DNA of 64,000 bases from an uncultured Lachnospiraceae bacterium. Lineage in GTDB: Bacteria; Bacillota; Clostridia; Christensenellales; UBA1242. Every line of letters starts with the position of its first letter. Within the stretch, counting starts at the first letter, position 1. The notes under the pieces were generated by a model. The model was not told the origin of the DNA and made no database searches. It worked only from the letters and a program-made list of their open reading frames with translations. The translations under genes and the position numbers were made by a program. This document shows positions 38,388-47,921 of this stretch, piece after piece. The stretch covers positions 8,521 through 72,520 of the forward strand of contig CAZQMZ010000005.1 of NCBI GenBank assembly GCA_964594865.1, written 5' to 3'.

Positions 38388-39314
38388 ATGAACTCATATC
38401 ACATTCCAATCATGGTCAAGGAAATTATTGACGGCTTGAACATCAAAGAAAATGGAATATATGTCGATTGCACTGTTGGCGGAGGCGGACATTCTTTTGA
38501 AATTGCAAAGAGACTGAAAGATGGACATCTCTTTTGTTTTGATCGAGACCAAGAAGCAATTGACTTTGCAAAAGAAAGATTGAAAAAGTTTGGTGACAAA
38601 GTGACTTTGATTAAAGACAACTTCAAAAACGCACCAACAGTTTTGGAAGGGAAAAAGATTGACGGATTTTTGGTCGATTTGGGCATCAGTTCTCACCAAA
38701 TTGACGAAGGTGGACGCGGTTTTTCTTTCGTGCGTGACGGCGAACTTGATATGCGTATGGACAGAGAAGAAAAAACATTGACAGCACGCGAGATTGTCAA
38801 CACGTTTTCATATGAAGAGTTGGTCAAAATTTTTCGAACATATGGAGAAGAAGAATTTTCAACAATCATTGCAAAAAACATAATCAAAGAGCGTGAACAG
38901 GGAGAAATTGTCACAACCTTTCAACTTCGAGACATCATTGAGAGAAGTTTACCAAAAAAAGTGGTGTTCTCACGCGGTGGAGCATCCAAAAAAGTTTTTC
39001 AGGCTCTTCGAATTTATGTCAACGGCGAACTTGAAAAGTTGGATGAATTTTTGACAAAGATGATTGGCTTACTCAACAGTGGCGGACGCGGTTGTGTGTT
39101 GACTTTTCACAGTTTGGAAGACCGAATTGTCAAAAACGTTTTTAAACTTGAAAGCACAAATTGCATATGTCCACCGAAAACGCCGATTTGTATATGTGGC
39201 CACAGAGCAAACGTCAAGTTGGTCAATCGCAAACCGATCATTGCATCGGTTGAAGAGCAAAAAAGCAACTCTAGAAGTACAAGCGCAAAACTGCGTGTGG
39301 TGGAGAAGATTTAA
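38388..39314 (+). CDS. rsmH: 16S rRNA m4C1402 methyltransferase
   Basis: HIPIM, DCTVGGGGHS, DLGISSHQID, LDMRMD, FQALRIYVN, FHSLEDRIVK, RSTSAKLR. Confidence 0.97.
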   Translation: MNSYHIPIMVKEIIDGLNIKENGIYVDCTVGGGGHSFEIAKRLKDGHLFCFDRDQEAIDFAKERLKKFGDKVTLIKDNFKNAPTVLEGKKIDGFLVDLGISSHQIDEGGRGFSFVRDGELDMRMDREEKTLTAREIVNTFSYEELVKIFRTYGEEEFSTIIAKNIIKEREQGEIVTTFQLRDIIERSLPKKVVFSRGGASKKVFQALRIYVNGELEKLDEFLTKMIGLLNSGGRGCVLTFHSLEDRIVKNVFKLESTNCICPPKTPICICGHRANVKLVNRKPIIASVEEQKSNSRSTSAKLRVVEKI

Positions 39315-39346
39315 GTCATTATGTGAAAAGGAGAAGAATATAATAT

Positions 39347-40042
39347 ATGGATCAATCGAATCAAAACAAAGGAATTTTTGAGTCCAATGTGGAAGTTCTT
39401 GAAAAAACAACGGAAACAACTCAAGACAAACTTGTTGAAAATGAAAAAGCAGAAGTCACCGTTCAAAACGCACCGCCTGCCAATGAATCATATTTAAACT
39501 CCTTCAAAGACATGACGATTGCCGACCTTAAACGCGAAGAAGAAGAGAAATTTAAGGCAGAAAGGGACAGGCTTATTCAGGAACAATTTGAAAAAGAACT
39601 CAAAGAAAAGACGAAGGCCAAGCAAGAGAAAGTTCAACAGACAGCAAAAGAAGAGAGCAAGAATGTTATTGAAAAGCCCAACTATGACTTGATTGAAGAG
39701 AACAAAAAAATTGTCAAGCTGTCAAAGAAAACTCACGAAAAAAGCAAGAAAAAGACTGCAGGAATTGTTTTGGCGTGCGTTTTGGGAGCGAGTGCGGTGG
39801 TTTGTGTTGCCAACACCATTGTCATTGACCAAATGAGTTCAAACTATGTCCAAATTGATGAAACATATCAATTCAACTTGGCAAAATATTTGAAAGACAT
39901 ATACAATTTGGATGTGACTAAAGACAGTATGCAGGTGATTGAAACCTATCCTGACGAACTTTTGGACGCAGGAGATGTTGGCGAAAGTTCAAATTGGTTT
40001 GACAGAATTTGCAATTTCATAGTGGGGATCTTTGGAGGTTAA
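39347..40042 (+). CDS. Bitopic membrane protein at the ftsL position (charged coiled-coil N-terminus, one TM, short C-terminal segment)
   Basis: Between rsmH and PBP; KKKTAGIVLACVLGASAVVCVA TM; assignment is positional only. Confidence 0.45.
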   Translation: MDQSNQNKGIFESNVEVLEKTTETTQDKLVENEKAEVTVQNAPPANESYLNSFKDMTIADLKREEEEKFKAERDRLIQEQFEKELKEKTKAKQEKVQQTAKEESKNVIEKPNYDLIEENKKIVKLSKKTHEKSKKKTAGIVLACVLGASAVVCVANTIVIDQMSSNYVQIDETYQFNLAKYLKDIYNLDVTKDSMQVIETYPDELLDAGDVGESSNWFDRICNFIVGIFGG

Positions 40043-40044
40043 AA

Positions 40045-41940
40045 TTGCAAAAGGTCTACACCCTACACTCAATGCAAAAAAGGATAAAAGCAATTTTGCT
40101 TGTTGTCCTTTTTCTTTTTTGCAGTTTGATTGTTAGGCTTTTTGTTGTTCAAATCATAAATGGCAAATCTTTGCAAATCAAAGCAACTGACCAATGGACT
40201 CGCGATCTTTCACTAACTGCTCCACGTGGAGTGATTTATGACAGCACAGGAGACACTCTTGCAGTTTCTTACACAACGTATGACATCTATGTTCGTGGAA
40301 GAGAAGTGACAAGCGCAACGCACACAGCAACCATACTTTCAATCTTGTTAGATCTAGACTTTTCTTCAACTCTTGAAAAAGTTATGAAAAAGGATGTGTC
40401 GGAAGTTCTTCTCAAAATGCAAGTTGACGGAGATATTGCTGAAGAAATCTATAACGCCAACCTCGACGGAGTTTATATCACCGAAAACGTTGGGAGATAT
40501 TATGTCTATGGCAACCTTTTCACGCAACTGTTGGGATTTGTTTCGGTGGATAATGTTGGGCAGGCAGGCTTGGAAGCATATTTGAATGAGTATCTCACCG
40601 GCACAGACGGATATTCTTATGTGCAAAGTGATTTGCAAGGTAAGGAAATTTCCAGCACCATAAGATATTATGTCAGCGGAACAGCTGGTGACGATGTCAC
40701 ATTGACAGTCAACAGCAAAATTCAAATTATTTTGGAAAGAATTTTGCAACAAGCGTATGAAGAACAAGAGGCAAAATCGGTGACAGGAATTGTCATGAAC
40801 GCACAAACAGGCGAGATTTTGGCAATCTCAACCAAGCCAAGTTTCGACCTTAATGATCCACCACGCGACGACCTTGAAACACTTTTTGAAGAAATGAAGA
40901 TGACTGCCATCACGGACACATATGAACCAGGTTCCACTTTCAAAATTTTGACACTTGCAGCGGCGCTTGAAGAAGGCGTTGTCACGCTTGAAGACACTTT
41001 TTATTGTCCGGGATATAGAATTGTTGACGGGCAAAAAATCAAATGCTGGAAAACGATCGGGCATGGCAACCAAACTTTGGCTGAGGCTTTTGCTAATTCT
41101 TGCAACTGCTGTTTCATAGATTTGGCGCTTCGGCTGGGTGTTGACAAATTTTATGAATATATGGAAAAATTTGGTTTGGGACAAAAAACGGGAATAACTC
41201 TCAGCGGAGAAAGTTCGGGCATTTTGATGGAAAAATCGCAAGTCAAAACTGTGGACTTGGCACGCATGGGTTTTGGGCACGCAATCGCAGTGACTCCAAT
41301 TCAACTTTTGTCAATCGTTGCGGGCATAACAAACGGCGGAGTGTATAACACGCCGACAGTCATTCAAAAAATCACAAATGTTGACGGAAAGACGACATAC
41401 ACTCCGTCGACAAGTTCAACAAGGCTCGTTTCTACACAAACAAGCGCTATTGTCAATCAACTTTTGCAGTTTGCAGAGAACAAATCAGGAGATTACACTT
41501 TTGTCGAAGGCTATAATGTTGGCGGAAAGACAGGCACAGCGCAAAAGTATGACGAAAACGGGCAGATCGCAAGCGGAAAATATATTTCAAGCTTTATTGG
41601 AACATATCCAGCAGATAATCCGCAATATATTTTCATGATCATTGTCGACGAACCAAGCGCAGGAGTATATTATGGTTCTCTTGTTGCAGCGCCTTATGGA
41701 AAAGAATTTTTCTCTCAACTTTTTGAACTATATGACATTCCAAAGGATGATCCAACCGTGGTGGTGGAGCAAGTGATCATGCCACAGGTGACCGGCTATT
41801 CTCTTGCGAATGCTGTTGCAATTCTTGCGCAAATTGGACTCGAATATGAAATTGACGGCGAAGGCGGAATTGTCCTTTCGCAACTTCCGCCAGCTGGAAC
41901 AATTTTAAACAGAGGCGACACGGTGTTGCTGACAACATGA
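40045..41940 (+). CDS. spoVD: Class B penicillin-binding protein (SpoVD/FtsI type) with one PASTA domain
   Basis: APRGVIYD, YEPGSTFK (SxxK), SCN, GGKTGTAQK, C-terminal MPQVTG PASTA; TTG start after GGAGG. Confidence 0.85.
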   Translation: MQKVYTLHSMQKRIKAILLVVLFLFCSLIVRLFVVQIINGKSLQIKATDQWTRDLSLTAPRGVIYDSTGDTLAVSYTTYDIYVRGREVTSATHTATILSILLDLDFSSTLEKVMKKDVSEVLLKMQVDGDIAEEIYNANLDGVYITENVGRYYVYGNLFTQLLGFVSVDNVGQAGLEAYLNEYLTGTDGYSYVQSDLQGKEISSTIRYYVSGTAGDDVTLTVNSKIQIILERILQQAYEEQEAKSVTGIVMNAQTGEILAISTKPSFDLNDPPRDDLETLFEEMKMTAITDTYEPGSTFKILTLAAALEEGVVTLEDTFYCPGYRIVDGQKIKCWKTIGHGNQTLAEAFANSCNCCFIDLALRLGVDKFYEYMEKFGLGQKTGITLSGESSGILMEKSQVKTVDLARMGFGHAIAVTPIQLLSIVAGITNGGVYNTPTVIQKITNVDGKTTYTPSTSSTRLVSTQTSAIVNQLLQFAENKSGDYTFVEGYNVGGKTGTAQKYDENGQIASGKYISSFIGTYPADNPQYIFMIIVDEPSAGVYYGSLVAAPYGKEFFSQLFELYDIPKDDPTVVVEQVIMPQVTGYSLANAVAILAQIGLEYEIDGEGGIVLSQLPPAGTILNRGDTVLLTT

Positions 41941-41996
41941 AAACTTTCATTTTAGTTTGATTGACAAGAAAATTGAAAATGATATAAAATATCTTC

Positions 41997-42725
41997 ATGT
42001 GGACTTGGATTATTGTTGGAATTGTCATAGGGCTTGCAGTTTTGCTATGCTTTTTACTTGCTATAGCAAACTTTTCCTTTGAGAATTTTGAAGCAAAATT
42101 GAAAGAATATTCTGTCAAAAGAAACAGTTATGGCATAACCACTCATCAATATGTCGACATGTTGAACAAAAACTATTTCAACGGTAGGTTGAAGATTGCC
42201 AAATGTGCGCGCTTGAAAGATCATTATTCTCGCGGGATTGTGGCACTGTCAGAAGAAACGATGAACTCCAACAGTCTGGCAAGTTTGGCAATTATATCTC
42301 ATGAAATGGGGCATGCTCGACAGGACGCCAGTGGTGACTCTTTGGAAAAGCATTGGCGTATGCGTCGCACAGGACGAATTTGTGGATTTTTCTTCATGCC
42401 ACTTCTCATTGTTGGCGCCGTGCTTTGTTTGCTTTGGGTGTTTGAAGTTCTTTCAAGCATATATTTTCTTGTGGCAGGAGTTACTTGTCTGGCTTTGGCG
42501 TTATTCATTTTCATTTTCGCAATAATTTTGAAATATAAAGAAATCAAAATTGAGAAAGAAGCGTCAGAATTTGCTATTGAATATTTGAAAGAGATTCTTT
42601 TGGATGACGAAATTCAGGCATGCAGAGATCTTCTCAATTCTGCAAAATTGACCTATTGGGCGGGGCTGATTCGCACTCTTCTTTCATGGACAATGCTCAC
42701 CGGCAAGGATACAATGTTTAAATAA
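41997..42725 (+). CDS. YugP-like neutral zinc metallopeptidase, membrane-bound
   Basis: DHYS..IVALSEE, SLAIISHEMGHARQ (HExxH), EKEAS..A, AKLTYWA. Confidence 0.85.
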   Translation: MWTWIIVGIVIGLAVLLCFLLAIANFSFENFEAKLKEYSVKRNSYGITTHQYVDMLNKNYFNGRLKIAKCARLKDHYSRGIVALSEETMNSNSLASLAIISHEMGHARQDASGDSLEKHWRMRRTGRICGFFFMPLLIVGAVLCLLWVFEVLSSIYFLVAGVTCLALALFIFIFAIILKYKEIKIEKEASEFAIEYLKEILLDDEIQACRDLLNSAKLTYWAGLIRTLLSWTMLTGKDTMFK

Positions 42726-42735
42726 AAAAAAGACC

Positions 42736-42906
42736 TCAGTCTTTTTCCGTGAAACTCTTGCAAAAATGTTTTTGTATACCGTTTGACATTGGCTCCCCGT
42801 CGCCTTGTGAAACGTCAATCACTTGTTTGTTGCAATTGTTTCCATTTTCGTTATATAAACATTTTGTGCAGTTGCATCTCACACCGCTGTTTAAATTTTC
42901 TTTCAT
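42736..42906 (-). CDS. DUF1540-like small Cys-rich protein (spore-associated type)
   Basis: VRCNCTKCLYN...C...IDV...CKSF; GGAGG RBS; GCATA...CAATAT sigmaG/F-like upstream. Confidence 0.75.
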   Translation of the reverse strand: MKENLNSGVRCNCTKCLYNENGNNCNKQVIDVSQGDGEPMSNGIQKHFCKSFTEKD

Positions 42907-43069
42907 ACAAACCTCCATCTATATTGTCTGTTAAAATTTTTGTTTTATGCATAAAACAAAACAAAAAAACATATAAATAAATGTAAAATTTGTTGACATT
43001 TTTTGTTTTTAGGTCTAAAATCAATAATGTAATAATCAAATTACAAATTTTTTAAAAAGGAGAGAAAAA

Positions 43070-43291
43070 ATGGCAAAAAAATCTGATTATTTTGGAATGG
43101 GATATCTTGTCAGCGTCATCCTTGCAATTATTCCGGTGACATCTTGGATTTTGGGAGCAATTACAAGATTTTCCGAAGGAAAAATTGTTGCAGGACTGCT
43201 CAGACTTATCTTAGGCTGGAACATCATTTGGATTATTGACTTAATTCTTATGATCGTAAGCAAACACATCATGAGAATTTTGAACATCTAA
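43070..43291 (+). CDS. Small membrane protein (73 aa), unknown function
   Basis: AAGGAG RBS, own TTGACA promoter, terminator 43298-43323, hydrophobic segments. Confidence 0.75.
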   Translation: MAKKSDYFGMGYLVSVILAIIPVTSWILGAITRFSEGKIVAGLLRLILGWNIIWIIDLILMIVSKHIMRILNI

Positions 43292-43454
43292 AAAAAGAAA
43301 ACCCTCAAAACAGAGGGTTTTTTATTATCTTCGCAATAAACAACTTGACAAAGAATTTGAATACATCTTCAAAAATAGAGATTGTGTAAATGGTAAACGA
43401 GTTCATACCACACTTTATACAAGAAGATATAAATAAAAAGGATTAGATTTAATT

Positions 43455-43796
43455 CTAATCCTTTTTTTCTTCATCTATATCTTCATAACACCAAACTTTT
43501 TTATTGCAATTAGGACATTTTAAATGTCTTTTTGTAAATGTATGCAATGAAAAAATTATTTCTGCTTTTGTAGGCTTAAAATTTTGACGGCATTTAGGAC
43601 AAATATAGTAATAATATTTAATTGCATAACAAGATACAATCAATATGATTATAAGTGATATAATTAATAAAATAGCAAAAATAATGGTTAAAACAAATTC
43701 GTGAAAGCTGGCTGATAAGACAGTTCCCAAAATAAAAATTGCCATAAAGATAATTGAGACAACAAACATTATGTTAATTTTATTTTTTCTTTTCAT
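43455..43796 (-). CDS. Two-TM protein with C-terminal zinc ribbon
   Basis: Two hydrophobic helices then CPKC...CPNC; AGGAG RBS; terminator hairpin 43436-43470. Confidence 0.7.
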   Translation of the reverse strand: MKRKNKINIMFVVSIIFMAIFILGTVLSASFHEFVLTIIFAILLIISLIIILIVSCYAIKYYYYICPKCRQNFKPTKAEIIFSLHTFTKRHLKCPNCNKKVWCYEDIDEEKKD

Positions 43797-44072
43797 TAAA
43801 ATCTCTCCTATCTTATCTTTAATTTATAAAAATTATATCATAAAATATAAGCATTTGTCCATTTTATTCAACTTTTGTTCAAGTAAATTACTATTTTGGT
43901 ATTGGCGAACTACGAGAGAGTTCATTCATTTTTTTATGCCATTTTTCTATAATTGCAGTGTAGTTGGTAGCAAGACAAATCTTAGAAAAAGTGCGGACGC
44001 TGTGTGATTTAATTTGGTGGCCATCTCACACTGTCCAACGAGACTGTTTATTTTTTGTCAAATTTGTGAAAA

Positions 44073-45467
44073 TCAAAACTTTATCTTTTCCGAAAAGTAT
44101 TTCACAAGCTCACAGGTTTTCAAACGAATTTGTTGCATACTGTCGCGGTCGCGCACCGTCACGGTGTCATCTTCAAGGGTGTCGAAATCAACTGTCACGC
44201 AATAAGGAGTGCCAATTTCATCCTCACGGCGATATCGCTTTCCAATTGATCCGGCTTCGTCATAGTCACACATAAATTCTTTAGACAGGAGAGCATAGAC
44301 TTCTCTTGCTTTTTCGGACAAGGTCTTTTGAAGTGGAAGAACGGCAACTTTATATGGTGCAATGGCTGGATGTAAATGAAGAACAACGCGTGTCTCACCA
44401 TTTTCCAAACTCTCTTCATCATATGCCTCGCACAAAAGTGCCAAAGTAAGTCGGTCCGCGCCGATGGAATATTCAATGACATTCGGCAAAAATTTCTCAT
44501 TTGTGACAGGGTCAAGATAGAGCATGCTTTTTCCGCTGAATTCTTGGTGACGAGAGAGATCCCATGTGGAGCGGTGATGTATGCCATTCAATTCTTGCCA
44601 ACCTATTGGGAAGAAATATTGAATGTCGCACGCAGCTTTGGCATAGTGAGCAAGTTTGTCGTGATCGTGGAGACGAAGATGATTTTTGTCAACTCCCAAA
44701 TCTTCAACAAACTTCATCGCTTCTTTTTTATATTCTTCATAGAAAGCCAAAGAGTCGTATTCTTTGCAAAACATTTGAAGTTCCATTTGTTCAAACTCAA
44801 TTGTGCGGAAAAGGAAGTTCCCCGGAGTTATTTCATTTCGGAAAGATTTACCAACTTGGGCAATTGCAAACGGAACCTTGGCACGGGCACTTCTTTGAAC
44901 ATTGAGAAAATTGACATATTCGCCTTGACAAGTTTCTGGACGAAGATAGACAACATCTTTTTCTCCTTCCACTGTGCCACGAGAAGTTTCGAACATAAGT
45001 TTAAATTGACGGATGTTTGTCCAATTGAAATTTCCGCAGTGTGGACATTTGACCTTGTGCTCGGCGATATATTTTTCCATATCCTCATTGCTCATGCCTT
45101 CGGCAGAAACAACACCTTTGGAATGTTCTTCAATCAAGTTGTCGGCACGAAAACGTTGTCTACAAGATTTGCAGTCCATCTTTGGATCAGAAAAGCTTGT
45201 TGTGTGTCCGCTGGCTTCCCAAACGCGCGGATTCATCAAAATGGCAGCGTCCACGCCATAGGTGTTTGGACTCTCTTGCACAAACCTTTTCCACCAAGCA
45301 CGTTTGACGTTGTTTTTAAGTTCAACACCAACAGGCCCAAAATCCCAAGTGTTTGCAAATCCGCCATAGATTTCGCTTCCCGGAAAAACAAATCCGCGTC
45401 CTTTGCAAAGGTTGATAATTTTGTCCATTGTTGCTTTTGTTTGCGTGTTTGAAGTTTCTTTTTTCAT
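44073..45467 (-). CDS. glyQS: Glycyl-tRNA synthetase, alpha2 (eukaryote-like) type
   Basis: GFVFPGSEIYGG, WEASGH, YLRPETCQG, FRNEITPGNFLFRTIEFEQME, IGKRYRREDEIGTP; start MKKET after AAGGAG. Confidence 0.97.
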   Translation of the reverse strand: MKKETSNTQTKATMDKIINLCKGRGFVFPGSEIYGGFANTWDFGPVGVELKNNVKRAWWKRFVQESPNTYGVDAAILMNPRVWEASGHTTSFSDPKMDCKSCRQRFRADNLIEEHSKGVVSAEGMSNEDMEKYIAEHKVKCPHCGNFNWTNIRQFKLMFETSRGTVEGEKDVVYLRPETCQGEYVNFLNVQRSARAKVPFAIAQVGKSFRNEITPGNFLFRTIEFEQMELQMFCKEYDSLAFYEEYKKEAMKFVEDLGVDKNHLRLHDHDKLAHYAKAACDIQYFFPIGWQELNGIHHRSTWDLSRHQEFSGKSMLYLDPVTNEKFLPNVIEYSIGADRLTLALLCEAYDEESLENGETRVVLHLHPAIAPYKVAVLPLQKTLSEKAREVYALLSKEFMCDYDEAGSIGKRYRREDEIGTPYCVTVDFDTLEDDTVTVRDRDSMQQIRLKTCELVKYFSEKIKF

Positions 45468-45504
45468 ATTTTTTCTCCTTTTAAATTGCTTTCGCATAGA
45501 AAAT

Positions 45505-45642
45505 AAAAAAGCCCTATGCACCATTTGCATAGGGGCGACTGTTAAACCGCTGTTCCACCCTATTTCGTGAAAACTCACCTCATTGAATGTCTTTACGCCG
45601 ACACGCGTTCGCTGTTGGAGTTGCCAATTCCGTCATCGCTAT
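45505..45642 (-). ncRNA. Transcriptional T-box riboswitch (Gly) with drastically shortened 5' domain
   Basis: Promoter TTGACA-18-TATAAT (45676-45647); GCGAUGACGGAAUUGGCAACUCC; antiterminator UAGGG-UGGAACA-GCG...CGC-CCCUA; terminator GCCCUAUGCA/UGCAUAGGGC plus U6. Confidence 0.88.
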
Positions 45643-45779
45643 CTTTATTATACTTTAAGAAACAAAATTTTGTCAAGTAATTTTTTTCGTAAACCAAACA
45701 AAAAAATTAAAAAATTCGCAAAATAAGTATTGATTTATTTCTAAAATTGTTGTATAATCAAAAAATCAAGGAGAAAAAA

Positions 45780-46292
45780 ATGGAAAAACAAGAAAAAAAA
45801 GAAATTTCAGTAGCAAGAAAATTTAACAATTTAATTGCGCCAATTCAAGACTCCAATAACGGATCTTTAAGGATGTTTGCTGCGGAGATAAAAACTTTTG
45901 GATACACTTCTCATGAGAAAAAGGGAAATCATGATATCTATTACAACATCATAAAAAAGTACGACGAAAATTATCAGCCAGAGCGATTGTTTCAAGCACT
46001 CTCTTTTTCTAAAGAAGGAAACCGATTTATTATTTCTTTGGATAAATATAACATCGGTTTTGGAGGGCAAAAAACATTAAGATCAAAACAAGTGTTGACA
46101 GCAGTGAAAGAAAAGGAAGGGTATTATTGTTCATATGACATTTCAACATACAGAAAAAATGTTGGAACGGCAAAAATAGTGACCAAGACAGAGCGCACTC
46201 TCACTTTTCCAATCGACAAAGACAAAAAAGTTGGAGAAGTAAACCTTCGCTTAACAAAATTTGAAACTGACAAAAATGGAAGAGTGTTATAA
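45780..46292 (+). CDS. Hypothetical basic protein, solitary transcription unit
   Basis: Own TG-TATAAT promoter, AAGGAG RBS, bidirectional terminator 46291-46320. Confidence 0.7.
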   Translation: MEKQEKKEISVARKFNNLIAPIQDSNNGSLRMFAAEIKTFGYTSHEKKGNHDIYYNIIKKYDENYQPERLFQALSFSKEGNRFIISLDKYNIGFGGQKTLRSKQVLTAVKEKEGYYCSYDISTYRKNVGTAKIVTKTERTLTFPIDKDKKVGEVNLRLTKFETDKNGRVL

Positions 46293-46340
46293 AAAAAACG
46301 CTGAAAAGCGTTTTTTTTGTTGAATAAGATTTTTTGAAAA

Positions 46341-47921
46341 TTATACTTTATATTTTTCCATGTATTCTTCATATGTCATCTGTTTGTCGATGATTGTGTT
46401 TTCGTCCACAATGTCAATGATTCTGTTGGCGACCGTTTCGATGATTTCTTGGTCACCGGTGGCAAACAACATGGAGCCCTTAAAGTTTATCATTCCTTTG
46501 TTGAGAGAAGTGATGCTTTCAAGGTCAAGGTGGTTGGTTGGTTCGTCAAGAATAAGAAAATTTCCGCTTTCAAGCATGATTTTTGCCAACATACAACGCA
46601 CTTTTTCACCGCCAGAAAGAACACTCACTTCTTTCAAACTTTCTTCACCAGAAAAGAGCATGCGTCCCAGCCAGCCTCGGACATAACTTTCTGTTTTATC
46701 CTTGGAAAACTGCCTAAGCCAATCAACGATTGACAGGTGACAGTTGTCGAAATATTCGCGATTGTCTTGTGGGAGATAGGAACAATTGATTGTTTTTCCA
46801 AATCGGAAAGTTCCACTGTCCGCTTCTTCTTTGCCAGCCAAAATATTGAACAAAGTTGTCAAGACAAGAGAATTTGATGACAAAAAGACGATTTTCTGGT
46901 CTTTTTCCACGGTAAAAGACAAGTTTTTGAACATACCTTTCTTTGAAAGATTTTCCACTTTCAAAATTTCTTTGCCAATTTCTTGTTCAAACTTGAAATC
47001 GACATATGGATATTTTCGTGAAGATGGCTTGAAATCATCCAATGTCAACTTTTCCAATTCTTTCTTTCGACTTGTGGCTTGTTTTGATTTGGAAGCATTT
47101 GCAGAGAAGCGTGCAATAAAGTCTTTGAGTTCTTTGGCGCGTTGTTCTGCTTTTTTGTTTTGATCGCGTGCCTGACGAGCCAAAAGTTGACTTGTCTCAT
47201 ACCAAAAATCATAGTTTCCCAAATACATATTGATTTCACCAAAATCTACATCGCAGATGTGAGTGCAGACTTTGTTCAAGAAATGTCGGTTGTGCGAAAC
47301 AATGATGACAATATTTTCAAAATCCAAGAGAAAATTTTCCAGCCAACGAATTGTTTTAAAGTCCAAATTGTTTGTCGGTTCATCCAAAATCAAAATGTCT
47401 GGATTTCCAAAAAGTGCTTGCGCCAAAAGAACTTTGACTTTCAATTTTGCGTCAAGCGAAGACATGAGTTCATAGAAATATTTCTCATCGACGCCCAAAT
47501 TTTGAAGCAAGGTCTTTGCTTCACTGTCCGCTTCCCAACCACCGAGTTCGGCGAATTCTGTTTCCAATTCTCCTGCGCGAAGTCCATCTGCTTCGGTGAA
47601 GTCAGCTTTGGAATAGAGAGCATCTTTCTCTTTTTGGATTTCCATAAGTCTTTTGTGTCCCAAAAGAACGGTGTCCAAAACGGGTTCGTTGTCATATTTG
47701 TTTTGGTTTTGCTCCAAAACGGACATACGTTCACCAGGTGTGATGACAATTTCGCCGGTGTTTGGCTCGATTTCACCTGTCAAAATTTTCAAAAAAGTCG
47801 ATTTGCCAGCACCGTTTGCACCGATTATGCCATAACAATTCCCTTTGGTGAATTTCAAATTGACTTCTTTATATAATGTGCGTCCGCCAAAAGAAAGCGA
47901 AACATTGACTGCTTGTATCAT
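46341..47921 (-). CDS. ABC-F family ribosome-associated ATPase (YbiT/YkpA-like)
   Basis: Two ABC domains: GANGAGKST, LDEPTNNLD, LSGGEK, LDEPTNHLD; no TM; linker KQATSRKK. Confidence 0.93.
   Translation of the reverse strand: MIQAVNVSLSFGGRTLYKEVNLKFTKGNCYGIIGANGAGKSTFLKILTGEIEPNTGEIVITPGERMSVLEQNQNKYDNEPVLDTVLLGHKRLMEIQKEKDALYSKADFTEADGLRAGELETEFAELGGWEADSEAKTLLQNLGVDEKYFYELMSSLDAKLKVKVLLAQALFGNPDILILDEPTNNLDFKTIRWLENFLLDFENIVIIVSHNRHFLNKVCTHICDVDFGEINMYLGNYDFWYETSQLLARQARDQNKKAEQRAKELKDFIARFSANASKSKQATSRKKELEKLTLDDFKPSSRKYPYVDFKFEQEIGKEILKVENLSKKGMFKNLSFTVEKDQKIVFLSSNSLVLTTLFNILAGKEEADSGTFRFGKTINCSYLPQDNREYFDNCHLSIVDWLRQFSKDKTESYVRGWLGRMLFSGEESLKEVSVLSGGEKVRCMLAKIMLESGNFLILDEPTNHLDLESITSLNKGMINFKGSMLFATGDQEIIETVANRIIDIVDENTIIDKQMTYEEYMEKYKV

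Noticed and set aside
44376-45452. 358-aa ORF antisense to glyQS (similar: 59622-60461 against cls, 47142-47876 against the ABC-F)
   Set aside because: Codon-mirror antisense frames of conserved genes; no RBS or motifs.
45575-45600. Alternative reading of the glyQS leader with GAC (Asp) as specifier before AUUC
   Set aside because: Conflicts with the downstream GlyRS and with UGGA (U73); it also leaves no stem between specifier and apical loop.
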